Notes: a model not told the origin generated them from the sequence alone. Counted from the first letter of the stretch, positions 24,305-32,000 are shown. The stretch: DNA of 32,000 nt from Sedimentisphaera cyanobacteriorum (GCF_001997385.1 NZ_CP019633.1:2730001-2762000), one strand, 5' to 3'. Numbers and translations: made by a program.

Positions 24305-24447
24305 TAACATTTTTACAAGATTCTGACAAATCAGCAGTTTTAATTTTTTCTGCTTAATACTGCTGTATTCATTTTATACTTTTATGCGTTAAAAAATGAT
24401 TCAGCAGACATTTCGAGGCTAAAAGCTTTGAGTCCTTGAATAATTTT

Positions 24448-26391
24448 CTATGGAGTAGGCCAAATTGCTCTTCGCTTTTCATTCACTTTGATGCCCTTTT
24501 TCTTATATTTATCTTTGTAAAGCTCGGAAGCAGGGAGCTTGCCCAGATTTACAAGAAGCGCACGAACCATGTTGCTGTTTTTATTTTTTTCAAGCAAGTC
24601 AACCTTTTCCCTAAGTTTTTGCTTAGTCTTTTCGTGCCAGGTCATCGTTTCAAGAGAGGCGAATGCGTATCCATTATTGTTCTCTATCAGAGAATCTAAG
24701 AGCATATCAAGGGCATTTTCGTATTTGCCGTAATAGCAGCAGGCCTCAGCGGCCATCATAGCCACCTGATCGTTGTCATCATCCATTGCCTTCTCTAGCT
24801 CTTTCGGGCACATATCTGCTGAAAGTTTATTCTTAGAGGCAATCTCAGCAAATCCCGCAGCTCCCCAGAATCTAATGGATGTATATTTGCTCTTAAGCCT
24901 TTCTAAAAAGCTTGTTTTGTAGGACTTTTTGCCTTCAGATGTCTGTTCTGCGGCCTTGTGAAGCTCTTCAAGCGGGAAGTCTTTTTCACGAACCCAGCTG
25001 TATAAATCGATGTTTTTATGGCGGGTTGATTCCGGGAAAAATCCTAAATCGCCTGCTTCTCTTATATGATTTGAAATCGCCCCGCGCAGCTCCTTGAGCT
25101 TCTGCTTGTATTTTTCATCTTCGGCAATATTATTGATCTCTTGAGGGTCTTTTTCAATATCAAAAAGCATCTCAGGCTGCCCGGGCCTGTAAGGCTGCAG
25201 CCACTCGTCTTTCTTCCCGCCTGATAAAACGTATTCATCCCAGCCCAGATTCGCCGGCATCCCCCACTGGTAGAAGTTTCTAAGGCAGCGGGGCTTATGG
25301 GGGATATAACTGCGTATGTATTTGTATTTTCCGTCGGAAACAGTTCTTGCAGGATCGTAGTGAGCACCTTGATTGCAGCGGAAGCCAAACTGATACTTCC
25401 GGGGCGGCTCTGAGTATTTGCCCATAAACGCCTTGCCCTGCATATAGCTGGGCTTTCTTTTGCCTGCGATGCTGAAAACCGTGGCGGGAAAGTCAACAAA
25501 GCTTACGAGCCTGTCTGATACAGTTCCAGGTTTGAAATCTACCAGATGCTGCCATTTCGGCGGGACATATATTATCAGCGGTACCTGCAGGCCTGTATTG
25601 TAAACAAATGCCTTTCCGCGGGGCAGGGAGCCGCCGTGGTCGCTGTAGAAGAAGATTATTGTGTCATCAGCAAGATCTTTCTCTCGCAGGTCTTTTAGGA
25701 ATAAGCCAACCCATTTATCAACATCCTGCACTCCCTCGAGATGAAATGCGTAATCGGAGCGGGTTTCATCGATGTCCGGAACGTGCTCAGGCAGATCGAG
25801 CTCTTGCATTTCAATTCCATCTTTGGAGAAATCTCTGCGTCCTTCAAGAGTGAAAGAACGCACGCGCCCCATATGGGTAAGAAAAGTGTTGAATATAGAA
25901 AAGAAAGGTTTGCCTTTCGGTCTTTTTTTGCTGCTGTAAGAGGCCTTATTATTGCATTCATCCCACATTTGCTTATGGTTTTCCTGGGTGTTGTAGTGTG
26001 TCTTATGGTTGTTGGTGCAGTAGTACCCGATTTTACGAAGATAGTCTGGATAGAATATATCGCCCGGCGTTTTGTACTCCCTTCCGTGATAATCCATTCC
26101 GTATTTGGTAGCGTAGCAGCCGGTTATAAGGGTTGATCTTGCCGGCGTGCACTGCGGACCGTTAGACCAAGCATTGGTAAACCTTATTCCTTTTTTTGCG
26201 AGAGAATCGATGTTTGGGGTTTTAACGGTTTTATTGCCGTAACAGCCAAATTCATAGGCGCTTGTATCTTCTATTGTAAGCCAGAGGAAATTCGGCATAT
26301 CCTGTTCGCTGCGTGCCGAGAAAACATTCCCCGCGAGCCCCGCAATACCCAAACCAACTGCATTCTTGAGAAAACTTCTTCGGCTTTGCAC
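24448..26391 (-). CDS. Tandem paralog of the Tat-exported Cys-type sulfatase (also 647 aa)
   Basis: Same GTG start and AAGGAG context. The first 26 residues are identical (MQSRRSFLKNAVGLGIAGLAGNVFSA). Signature CTPARSTLITG. It is roughly four-fifths identical to 22322-24265 by eye. Confidence 0.92.
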   Translation of the reverse strand: MQSRRSFLKNAVGLGIAGLAGNVFSARSEQDMPNFLWLTIEDTSAYEFGCYGNKTVKTPNIDSLAKKGIRFTNAWSNGPQCTPARSTLITGCYATKYGMDYHGREYKTPGDIFYPDYLRKIGYYCTNNHKTHYNTQENHKQMWDECNNKASYSSKKRPKGKPFFSIFNTFLTHMGRVRSFTLEGRRDFSKDGIEMQELDLPEHVPDIDETRSDYAFHLEGVQDVDKWVGLFLKDLREKDLADDTIIFFYSDHGGSLPRGKAFVYNTGLQVPLIIYVPPKWQHLVDFKPGTVSDRLVSFVDFPATVFSIAGKRKPSYMQGKAFMGKYSEPPRKYQFGFRCNQGAHYDPARTVSDGKYKYIRSYIPHKPRCLRNFYQWGMPANLGWDEYVLSGGKKDEWLQPYRPGQPEMLFDIEKDPQEINNIAEDEKYKQKLKELRGAISNHIREAGDLGFFPESTRHKNIDLYSWVREKDFPLEELHKAAEQTSEGKKSYKTSFLERLKSKYTSIRFWGAAGFAEIASKNKLSADMCPKELEKAMDDDNDQVAMMAAEACCYYGKYENALDMLLDSLIENNNGYAFASLETMTWHEKTKQKLREKVDLLEKNKNSNMVRALLVNLGKLPASELYKDKYKKKGIKVNEKRRAIWPTP

Positions 26392-26421
26392 GATAATCTC
26401 CTTAAAATTCGTTTCAATAAA

Positions 26422-26430
26422 ATATTATCA
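26422..26430 (-). promoter_or_regulatory. Candidate extended -10 element (TGaTAATAT) for the upstream sulfatase gene
   Basis: The sequence and spacing to the GTG at 26391 are identical to the copy at 24296-24304. Confidence 0.25.
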
Positions 26431-26620
26431 TAACATTTTTACAAAAAACTGGCAAATCAGCGCATTAAAACCATCGTCTATACTGCTTTGTTATGTTAAT
26501 GTATTGAGCAGGGCATTAACAGACATTTTTCCCCCAGCGCAGGCGCGATTTGTCTTAATCTCAAAGTTCAATATAATTGCTCTGCTCCAATTTCAATATT
26601 TTATTATCACAGGACAATCA

Positions 26621-27253
26621 ATGAGAACTGTAAATCAGTTAAGCGAGAATTATATAATAAAACCGGAAGATTATGAGGGCTTCATAGATTTCAGCGGCGA
26701 TGTTTTCGCCCGCCAAGCCCCTCTGCATATTGAAATCGGCTCTGGGAAAGGCACTTTTCTCGTCCATCAGGCATCTGCTGAGCCGGAGGTGAATTTTATC
26801 GGCATCGAATGGGCGAGAAAATACTACCGGTATGCCGCAGACAGGATGCGCAGATGGGGGCTCGCCAACGTTCGTATGCTTCGTACCGATGCCGCTGTTT
26901 TTATCCGGGCGCACGTAGCAGACCGGAGCATTGACTGCTACCATATCTACTTCCCCGACCCCTGGCCCAAGGCAAAGCACAATAAACGCAGGTTTATCAG
27001 CGACAAGAACCTCCCCGAGCTTCTCAGAACGCTCAAGCCCGGCGGGATTATAAACGTCGCTACAGACCACAGCGACTATTACCAGCAGATATGCCAAGTG
27101 CTTTTCCAGAGCGGGCAGGGTGAGCTGGAGGAGATTGATTTTATAAAGCCCGCTGGAGCTGCAGAAGGCGAGAAAACAGGAACAAATTTTGAGCGTAAGT
27201 ACATCCCTGAAGGAAGAATTACTAAAACAGCTGCCGTTAGAAAGAGAGAATAA
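26621..27253 (+). CDS. trmB: tRNA (guanine46-N7)-methyltransferase
   Basis: I prefer ATG 26621 (MRTVNQLSEN), giving 210 aa. The track ORF begins at a TTG at 26366 that overlaps the sulfatase gene. SAM motif IEIGSGKGTF and the highly conserved TrmB block YFPDPWPKAKHNKRRF are present. Confidence 0.9.
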   Translation: MRTVNQLSENYIIKPEDYEGFIDFSGDVFARQAPLHIEIGSGKGTFLVHQASAEPEVNFIGIEWARKYYRYAADRMRRWGLANVRMLRTDAAVFIRAHVADRSIDCYHIYFPDPWPKAKHNKRRFISDKNLPELLRTLKPGGIINVATDHSDYYQQICQVLFQSGQGELEEIDFIKPAGAAEGEKTGTNFERKYIPEGRITKTAAVRKRE

Positions 27254-28023
27254 TGATGCCGGAATTACTCCCAGATAAATGCCCGCTGGAAGGGCAGAAA
27301 AGATTAAAACTCCTGTGCTGCGAAGCTCTCAGACGCGAGGCTTATCTATGTGCAGCAAGAAGCAGGAACATTGTGGATATTCAGTTTCTGCGGAGAAGCC
27401 TCCATGATACACCGGAAAAGCTGAACGAAACTCTCGCCGAAGCCTTGGCCGGCACAAAGGACAGCGAGGGCAATCAATATGATGCAATCCTGCTGGGCTA
27501 CGGGCTCTGCAGCAACAGCGTACTGGGTATCAGATCTGAGCTCCCGCTCGTTATCACTCGCGCCCACGACTGCGCCGCTATACTGCTCGGCAGCAGGCAC
27601 CGGTATCAGGAACTTTTCGATTCGGAGAAGGGGATATTCTGGTATTCACCCGGCTGGATTGAAACCTGCCTTATGCCGGGGCAGGAAAAGCACGAGAAGA
27701 TGAGGCAGGAGTATGTCGAGAAATTCGGCGAGGACAACGCTGAATACCTCATGGAGATGGAGCAGAGCTGGATAAAGGAGTATTCGAAGGCGTTTTTTGT
27801 GAAGTGGCCGGAGTTTGATACGAAGGAATACGAAATCTATACCCAGAAATGCGCCGAATACCTCGAATGGGAGTATCGAAAGATCGAGGGCAGCAGCAAA
27901 CTTTTCCAGAAAATGCTCGATGCCCACTGGGATGAGGATGAGTTCCTCATCGTTCCGCCGGGAGAAGTGATTCAGGAAAGCGTTTGCGATGATAAAATAA
28001 TGGGCAGCACCGATGAAAACTGA
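27253..28023 (+). CDS. DUF1638-like protein
   Basis: The ATG overlaps the trmB stop codon by 1 nt (TAATG). The pattern CCEALRRE ... LHDTPEKL ... DAILLGYGLCSN ... VITRAHDCAAILLGS matches my recollection of the DUF1638 (PF07796) family. This needs confirming with an HMM search. Confidence 0.55.
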   Translation: MMPELLPDKCPLEGQKRLKLLCCEALRREAYLCAARSRNIVDIQFLRRSLHDTPEKLNETLAEALAGTKDSEGNQYDAILLGYGLCSNSVLGIRSELPLVITRAHDCAAILLGSRHRYQELFDSEKGIFWYSPGWIETCLMPGQEKHEKMRQEYVEKFGEDNAEYLMEMEQSWIKEYSKAFFVKWPEFDTKEYEIYTQKCAEYLEWEYRKIEGSSKLFQKMLDAHWDEDEFLIVPPGEVIQESVCDDKIMGSTDEN

Positions 28024-28072
28024 GCCGACCTATTTCGACTGATAAAATTGGAAAAATATGGCCTCTTTTTGA

Positions 28073-28101
28073 TTGACACAGACCAATTCCGCTGTTAGAC
28101 T
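28073..28101 (+). promoter_or_regulatory. Candidate sigma-70-type promoter upstream of the small lipoprotein/cdaA block
   Basis: TTGACA (28073-28078), a 17-nt spacer, then TAGACT (28096-28101). It lies about 60 nt upstream of ATG 28162. Promoter consensus sequences in this lineage are uncertain. Confidence 0.3.
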
Positions 28102-28161
28102 TACCTGTTATTGAAAAAGCGGTTTTAATAAAGCTTAAACCACAATCTGAAAAGGGAAAAA

Positions 28162-28368
28162 ATGAAAAAAGCAATCATTGTTATTTTTCTCGCTTCGGCG
28201 ATTACGGTTTTGTCCGGCTGCGGCAAAGGCCTCGGTATGACTGCTGCTGAGCGGCAAAGAGAATATATGAATATTCAGGACGTTGGAGCCAAGCAGCTTA
28301 ACGACGACATAAACGTTCTTCTGCATTCCGACCGTCCGTCAAGACTTACCGACAAATACATAAGATAA
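28162..28368 (+). CDS. Small lipoprotein, function unknown
   Basis: 68 aa. Signal peptide with a lipobox: MKKAIIVIFLASAITVLSGC. GGGAAAA lies upstream of the ATG. Confidence 0.55.
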   Translation: MKKAIIVIFLASAITVLSGCGKGLGMTAAERQREYMNIQDVGAKQLNDDINVLLHSDRPSRLTDKYIR

Positions 28369-28447
28369 TTTCATAATTCGCCGAAGAAATCGCACTCCAA
28401 GGGAATGGATGCGTTTTAAGAGTATTTCACTCAGAACAGGACTTTAG

Positions 28448-29284
28448 ATGGATCTGGCTCCTATCATATATTATTTGCAGAGAGTCGGCTCTTATGATCC
28501 TCTTGTAGTGGTTATAGAGTTCGTACTCATCGGCTCGATTATATGGTGGGTTGTCAATTTTCTGGAGGGCACAAGGGGCGAGAGGCTCTTCAGGGGCGTA
28601 TTCTTCATCCTGCTTGCCGGCGCTATAATCCTCAAGCTGTTTGTAGAGCGTTTTTCCCTTGAGAGGGTTGAATTCCTTTACAATGGCTTTCTGCTTGCAA
28701 TTCTCGTTACTGCTGTAGCGGCCTTTCAGCCCGAGCTGCGCCGTGCGCTGATACGCATAGGCCAGGCAGGCATATCTCCCTCAGCCCGTCCCGATGTAGA
28801 AAGAGCGCTTGAAGAGGTGCTCATTGCAGTGAACAATCTTTCAGAGCAGAAAACAGGTGCTATAATAGTTTTTGAGGGCAGAGTAGGTCTTCGTGATTAC
28901 ATAGAAACCGGCGTGCGTATGGATGCCGCAGTCTCCAGTCAGCTCCTTGAAACGATCTTCTACGAAGGCACACCCCTTCACGATTTGGCTGTGATAATCC
29001 GAGGTGACAGAATCGTCGCCGGAAGTATTCAGCTCCCGCTCGCCGAGATCGGCTCTCTTGATGATTCACAGCTTGGCTCGCGCCACCGCGCCGCTGTTGG
29101 TATCAGCCAGGCCTCAGATGCCACAGCTCTTGTAGTGAGCGAGGAAACAGGCACAATATCTCTCGCTGTGGACGGGAAGCTCGAGAGGAATGTCAAGAAA
29201 ACCGAAATTAAAAAACAGATTGCCGAACTCAACAAGCCGTTCACGGGAAAAGGCGGTTCCGTTAAAAGGGGCAAACGCCAGTGA
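28448..29284 (+). CDS. cdaA: Membrane-anchored diadenylate cyclase (CdaA/DacA family) with a variant DGA motif (DLA)
   Basis: Three N-terminal hydrophobic helices are followed by a DAC domain closely resembling Listeria/Bacillus CdaA: GLRDYIETGV ... TPLHDLAVIIRGDRIVAGS ... LGSRHRAAVGISQASDA ... VVSEETGTISLAVDGKL. The RHR motif is intact. The DGA motif reads D179-L180-A181 (nt 28982-28990, GAT TTG GCT). Confidence 0.85.
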   Translation: MDLAPIIYYLQRVGSYDPLVVVIEFVLIGSIIWWVVNFLEGTRGERLFRGVFFILLAGAIILKLFVERFSLERVEFLYNGFLLAILVTAVAAFQPELRRALIRIGQAGISPSARPDVERALEEVLIAVNNLSEQKTGAIIVFEGRVGLRDYIETGVRMDAAVSSQLLETIFYEGTPLHDLAVIIRGDRIVAGSIQLPLAEIGSLDDSQLGSRHRAAVGISQASDATALVVSEETGTISLAVDGKLERNVKKTEIKKQIAELNKPFTGKGGSVKRGKRQ

Positions 29285-30309
29285 AGTATCCAGATAAAAA
29301 AACAGTAGAGAAAAGTGCAAGCAAGATAGTAATTGTATCATTTCTTACGCTGCTTATATGGGTGTGGGCGGATCTGTCTAACGATACTATACTCAAAGAT
29401 AAGAAGGTGGAGATAAAGCTTGCCACTTCCCAGCCGGAGAATCTTTGGGTGAGCCTCGGGGATTCAGATTCCACAACCGTTCGGGCAGATTTCAAGGGGC
29501 CTTCTGCACGTATAGACGAGCTGAAAAGGGAGCTTTCAGCACTTGAGGTATATTTCGACCCGAGCGTTCTTGAAGGCAGGTCTGAGAGCTTTAAGTATCC
29601 CGTACGAGGGCTTATCCAGGATTCACCGAGGGTTCGAAGGCTCGGGCTTACTGTAGAGAACTGCCAGCCATCCTCGATTGAGGTAACAACTCAGCAGCTC
29701 CAGAAAAAACAGCTCGGGCTAACCTGCATAGACAAGAACAACAACTTAATTCTGAACGCAGTAACAGAGCCTGCTTCCGTTGAGATGTATGTCCCGCCGC
29801 ACTGGAGCGGAGATGACCTGAAGGCCGTTGTCAGCCTTTCTCAGCAGCAGATAAGCGAGGCCTCCGAAGACGCAGCTCAGGCAAAGGCCTATGTTGAAAT
29901 AGAACCCGGCAGAAGAACGTACTACGAAAATCCCGTCGAAGTCTCTATTCAAACAGAAAAGGGCAAGCTGGAAACATTCCTCCTGAACGGGCCGAGAATC
30001 GGGGTGCTTATGAATGAAAATATAGCAGAGCAGTACAGCGTTAAGATCATCTCACGAAGCGAAGCGCTTACTACAATACAGATTAATTCTACCCGTGAGG
30101 CCTACGAGGCCTATAAGGCCAAGCAGTATCAGATGATAGTGTATGTGTATCCTGAAGACCTTCCCGGTTCGGATAAAACCGAAAGCGAGCCGATAGAACG
30201 AAAAGTGCACTACTTCTTCCCGGAAGAATACCGGAAGGAAGACCTTATCTCGCCTGTGGAATCGGGAGTAGAGCCGAGAGTTACATTCAAGCTTATTTCT
30301 GTTGAGTAG
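29281..30309 (+). CDS. CdaR/YbbR-like regulator of diadenylate cyclase (N-terminal TM anchor plus repeated beta domains)
   Basis: GTG 29281 overlaps the cdaA stop codon (GTGA). TM segment KIVIVSFLTLLIWVWADL. There are YbbR-like strands such as VRADFKGPSARIDELK. The position immediately after cdaA matches the conserved cdaA-cdaR arrangement. Confidence 0.6.
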   Translation: MKYPDKKTVEKSASKIVIVSFLTLLIWVWADLSNDTILKDKKVEIKLATSQPENLWVSLGDSDSTTVRADFKGPSARIDELKRELSALEVYFDPSVLEGRSESFKYPVRGLIQDSPRVRRLGLTVENCQPSSIEVTTQQLQKKQLGLTCIDKNNNLILNAVTEPASVEMYVPPHWSGDDLKAVVSLSQQQISEASEDAAQAKAYVEIEPGRRTYYENPVEVSIQTEKGKLETFLLNGPRIGVLMNENIAEQYSVKIISRSEALTTIQINSTREAYEAYKAKQYQMIVYVYPEDLPGSDKTESEPIERKVHYFFPEEYRKEDLISPVESGVEPRVTFKLISVE

Positions 30310-30310
30310 A

Positions 30311-31483
30311 ATGAATATTGTCCACGTTATAACGCGTCTGATTGTAGGTGGCGCTCAGGAAAATACTATCATAACCTGCCGTGAGCAGGTAAAACGAGGG
30401 CACAATGTTACGCTGATAACAGGCCCGAGCCCAGGCCCGGAGGGCGATTTAATGGAGCAGGCCGAGAAGGAAGAATTTGACTTGATTCTTCAGCCTGATA
30501 TCCTCCGCCCGATTCTCCCCCTAACCGATATGCGTGCTTATACCGGCCTGAAAGAACTGCTCAAAAGCCTCAAACCTGATATCGTGCATACTCATTCGGC
30601 AAAGGCAGGCATACTTGGAAGGCTTGCGGGCTGGAATATAAAAGATGAAAGCTCCCGCCCCGCAGTTGTGCATACCATTCACGGACTTGCCTTTCACGAA
30701 TACCAGAATCCGCTCTTAAGCCGGATGTATATCGAGATTGAAAAATTTGCCGCAAAAAAATGCGATGCGATTATCTCTGTTGCAGACACTATGACGCGAA
30801 AATGCCTTGCCAATGGAATAGGAAGCCCCGAGCTTTTCAGCACGGCATATTCTGCTGTTGATGTTGAGGATTTTCAAAACCCTCCTTCACGCGAGCAGAG
30901 CGAAGAATTCTGCGAAAAATATTCTTTAGGCAAATCCAGCACCGTTGCCGCCTGCATAGCAAGGATTACAGAGCTAAAAGGGCATAACTATATCATTGAG
31001 GCCGCTGAAAGGCTCGTCAGCGAATATCCCGATCTCATCTGGCTCTTGGTTGGAAACGGCAGCCTCACCGAAAAGATTAAGGCCGATATCGAAAGGGCAG
31101 GGCTGAGCGATAATTTCCGTTTTACAGGCCTGCTTCAGCCCTCAGAGATACCTCTTGCCATCCATTGCAGCGATTTCCTCGTTCACTGCTCCCTGCGAGA
31201 AGGGCTCGCTAGGGTTCTGCCTCAGGCAATGCTCTGCGGGAAACCTGTGGTGAGCTTTGATATCGACGGAGCAGCGGAAGTGGTGAATGAGAATACCGGA
31301 AGGCTCATTGCTCCGATGGATATTGAAGGGCTCACCCGCGCGTGCAGTGAGCTTGCAGAATCCCCGCAGCTTCGCGAACAGCTCGGCGCAGCAGGAAGAG
31401 AGCTTGCAGTTAAGCTTTTCAGTCCTGGAAAGATGCTTGAATCTATCGAAAATGCCTATCGCAGGGCCGGTGCTGCTATCTAA
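30311..31483 (+). CDS. Glycosyltransferase family 4 (GT-B, Glycos_transf_1-type)
   Basis: I prefer ATG 30311 (MNIVHVITRLIVGGAQENT, a typical GT4 N-terminus), 1 nt after the upstream stop codon. The C-terminal half reads LVGNGS ... FTG ... FLVHCSLREGLARVLPQAMLCGKPVV. Confidence 0.85.
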   Translation: MNIVHVITRLIVGGAQENTIITCREQVKRGHNVTLITGPSPGPEGDLMEQAEKEEFDLILQPDILRPILPLTDMRAYTGLKELLKSLKPDIVHTHSAKAGILGRLAGWNIKDESSRPAVVHTIHGLAFHEYQNPLLSRMYIEIEKFAAKKCDAIISVADTMTRKCLANGIGSPELFSTAYSAVDVEDFQNPPSREQSEEFCEKYSLGKSSTVAACIARITELKGHNYIIEAAERLVSEYPDLIWLLVGNGSLTEKIKADIERAGLSDNFRFTGLLQPSEIPLAIHCSDFLVHCSLREGLARVLPQAMLCGKPVVSFDIDGAAEVVNENTGRLIAPMDIEGLTRACSELAESPQLREQLGAAGRELAVKLFSPGKMLESIENAYRRAGAAI

Positions 31484-31489
31484 AGCCCT

Positions 31490-32000
31490 CTAATATTCAC
31501 TAAGCCACCAATTCGCACCGATTGAGAAGTCTGTGATATCCACTGTCCCGTCTCGGTTGAAATCGGCCTCCGCTGGGGTTTGGCTCAGCCAGTTATAGGC
31601 AATATGTATAAGGTCGTCTCCATCTACGTAGTTATCGAGATTTATATCCACTCGTGATATCTGAACCGGATACCTGCCCGGGCTTAGATGCCAGAGCGTC
31701 CGCCAAGGCCAGTCGGCGTAATTTGAGCGGGTTTTCATCTGCTCGGTAGTTCTCGGGTAAGCAGTGATTCCGGCATTCTCAGCCAGCCCTGCAGAGGGCT
31801 CTTCAGCGCTGCCGGGAGCCATAATGGAGCTGTCCCAGTATGAAGAGCTGATCTGAGCGTTCCTCACAGCCCCTGCCAAAGGCCCCGCATAGTACGAAGC
31901 TTCAAGACCATCTGTTGCAGAGAAGCACAGCGTAAGATCTGCCCCCGAGCTCACCTCTCCAGCAATTCCGCCGGCATACAGAGAGGCGATTATCGTTTCC
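31490..32000 (-). CDS. 3' part of a secreted-protein gene ending in a double dockerin-like repeat (5' end lies beyond the window)
   Basis: The frame stays open upstream of the track's GTG at 31954 through to position 32000; I checked these codons by hand (...ETIIASLYAGGIAGEV-SSGADL...). The C-terminus reads DINLDNYVDGDDLIHIAYNWL ... DFNRDGTVDITDFSIGANWWLSEY. Confidence 0.7.
   Translation of the reverse strand, partial: ETIIASLYAGGIAGEVSSGADLTLCFSATDGLEASYYAGPLAGAVRNAQISSSYWDSSIMAPGSAEEPSAGLAENAGITAYPRTTEQMKTRSNYADWPWRTLWHLSPGRYPVQISRVDINLDNYVDGDDLIHIAYNWLSQTPAEADFNRDGTVDITDFSIGANWWLSEY

Larger units (their letters stand above)
22322..26444. repeat. Tandem duplication of sulfatase gene plus 5' leader/promoter-proximal region (period 2126 bp)
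   Basis: 22322-24318 matches 24448-26444. The tract 24209-24318 vs 26335-26444 covers signal-peptide codons, the Shine-Dalgarno site and about 53 nt upstream. It has one mismatch by my reading. Confidence 0.9.

Noticed and set aside
2677-25499. Numerous 60-160-aa ORFs antisense to, or out of frame within, the large genes. Examples: 2677-3111, 5755-6105, 6922-7368, 16176-16664, 19150-19827, 22969-23289, 23719-24048 and 25062-25499.
   Set aside because: They lie entirely inside long ORFs with strong family motifs. Their compositions are the skewed Ser/Pro/Arg/Leu-rich type typical of shadow frames. The ones inside the duplicated genes simply recur because the host gene is duplicated.
31180-31260. 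The GT4 E-x7-E region reads EGLARVLPQAM, with Gln where the second Glu is expected. I considered this as a sign of an inactive glycosyltransferase.
   Set aside because: My alignment of this motif by eye is uncertain, and GT4 members vary at this position. That is not enough evidence to report.
1-32000. A search for CRISPR arrays, tRNA/rRNA genes, IS elements, integrases, phage or defence-system genes, and toxin-antitoxin pairs
   Set aside because: I saw no short regularly spaced direct repeats, no cloverleaf-like GC-rich intergenic segments, and no transposase, integrase, nuclease or ATPase defence-type motifs in any long ORF. The only repeats are the three tandem gene duplications.

Overview
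The window is a dense run of about 22 protein-coding genes. I recognised no rRNA, tRNA, CRISPR array, transposase or integrase. All calls come from reading motifs in the supplied translations and DNA; no searches were run. The gene content suggests an anaerobic member of the PVC superphylum (Phycisphaerae, Kiritimatiellota or Lentisphaerota-like). The basis is Tat-exported Cys-type sulfatases, many secreted LamG/Ig proteins ending in dockerin-like repeats, an ECF sigma/FecR-type anti-sigma pair, a XylR-type regulator and D-lactate dehydrogenase. This taxon assignment is inference only.

Layout, in order along the window:
- 705-12646 (+): two tandem 707-aa secreted CBM-like/Ig/LamG/dockerin-like paralogs and a terminator. 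These are followed by an ECF sigma gene overlapping a long FecR-type anti-sigma gene, then two tandem secreted metallophosphoesterase-LamG paralogs. The second of these carries an extra Ig-LamG-dockerin-like cassette.
- 12663-14835 (-): a secreted dockerin-tagged protein and a XylR-type (sugar-binding domain + AraC HTH) regulator.
- 14947-18986 (+), divergent from the regulator: a URO-D-fold protein with the H-x-C...C zinc motif of MtaA-type methyltransferases, then a GH2 lipoprotein.
- 19057-26391 (-): a small membrane protein, a secreted protease with two DTG lobes, ldhA, and two tandem Tat-sulfatase paralogs whose duplication includes the 5' leader.
- 26621-31483 (+): trmB coupled to a DUF1638-like gene, a small lipoprotein, cdaA (with DLA in place of the DGA motif), a CdaR/YbbR-like gene and a GT4 glycosyltransferase.
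- Partial secreted-protein genes lie at both window edges.

The best candidates for something new are:
- the ECF/anti-sigma plus LamG-protein array;
- the MT2-like methyltransferase-GH2 operon;
- a dockerin-like C-terminal tag on six otherwise unrelated secreted proteins;
- the variant CdaA;
- the bilobed retropepsin-like protease.
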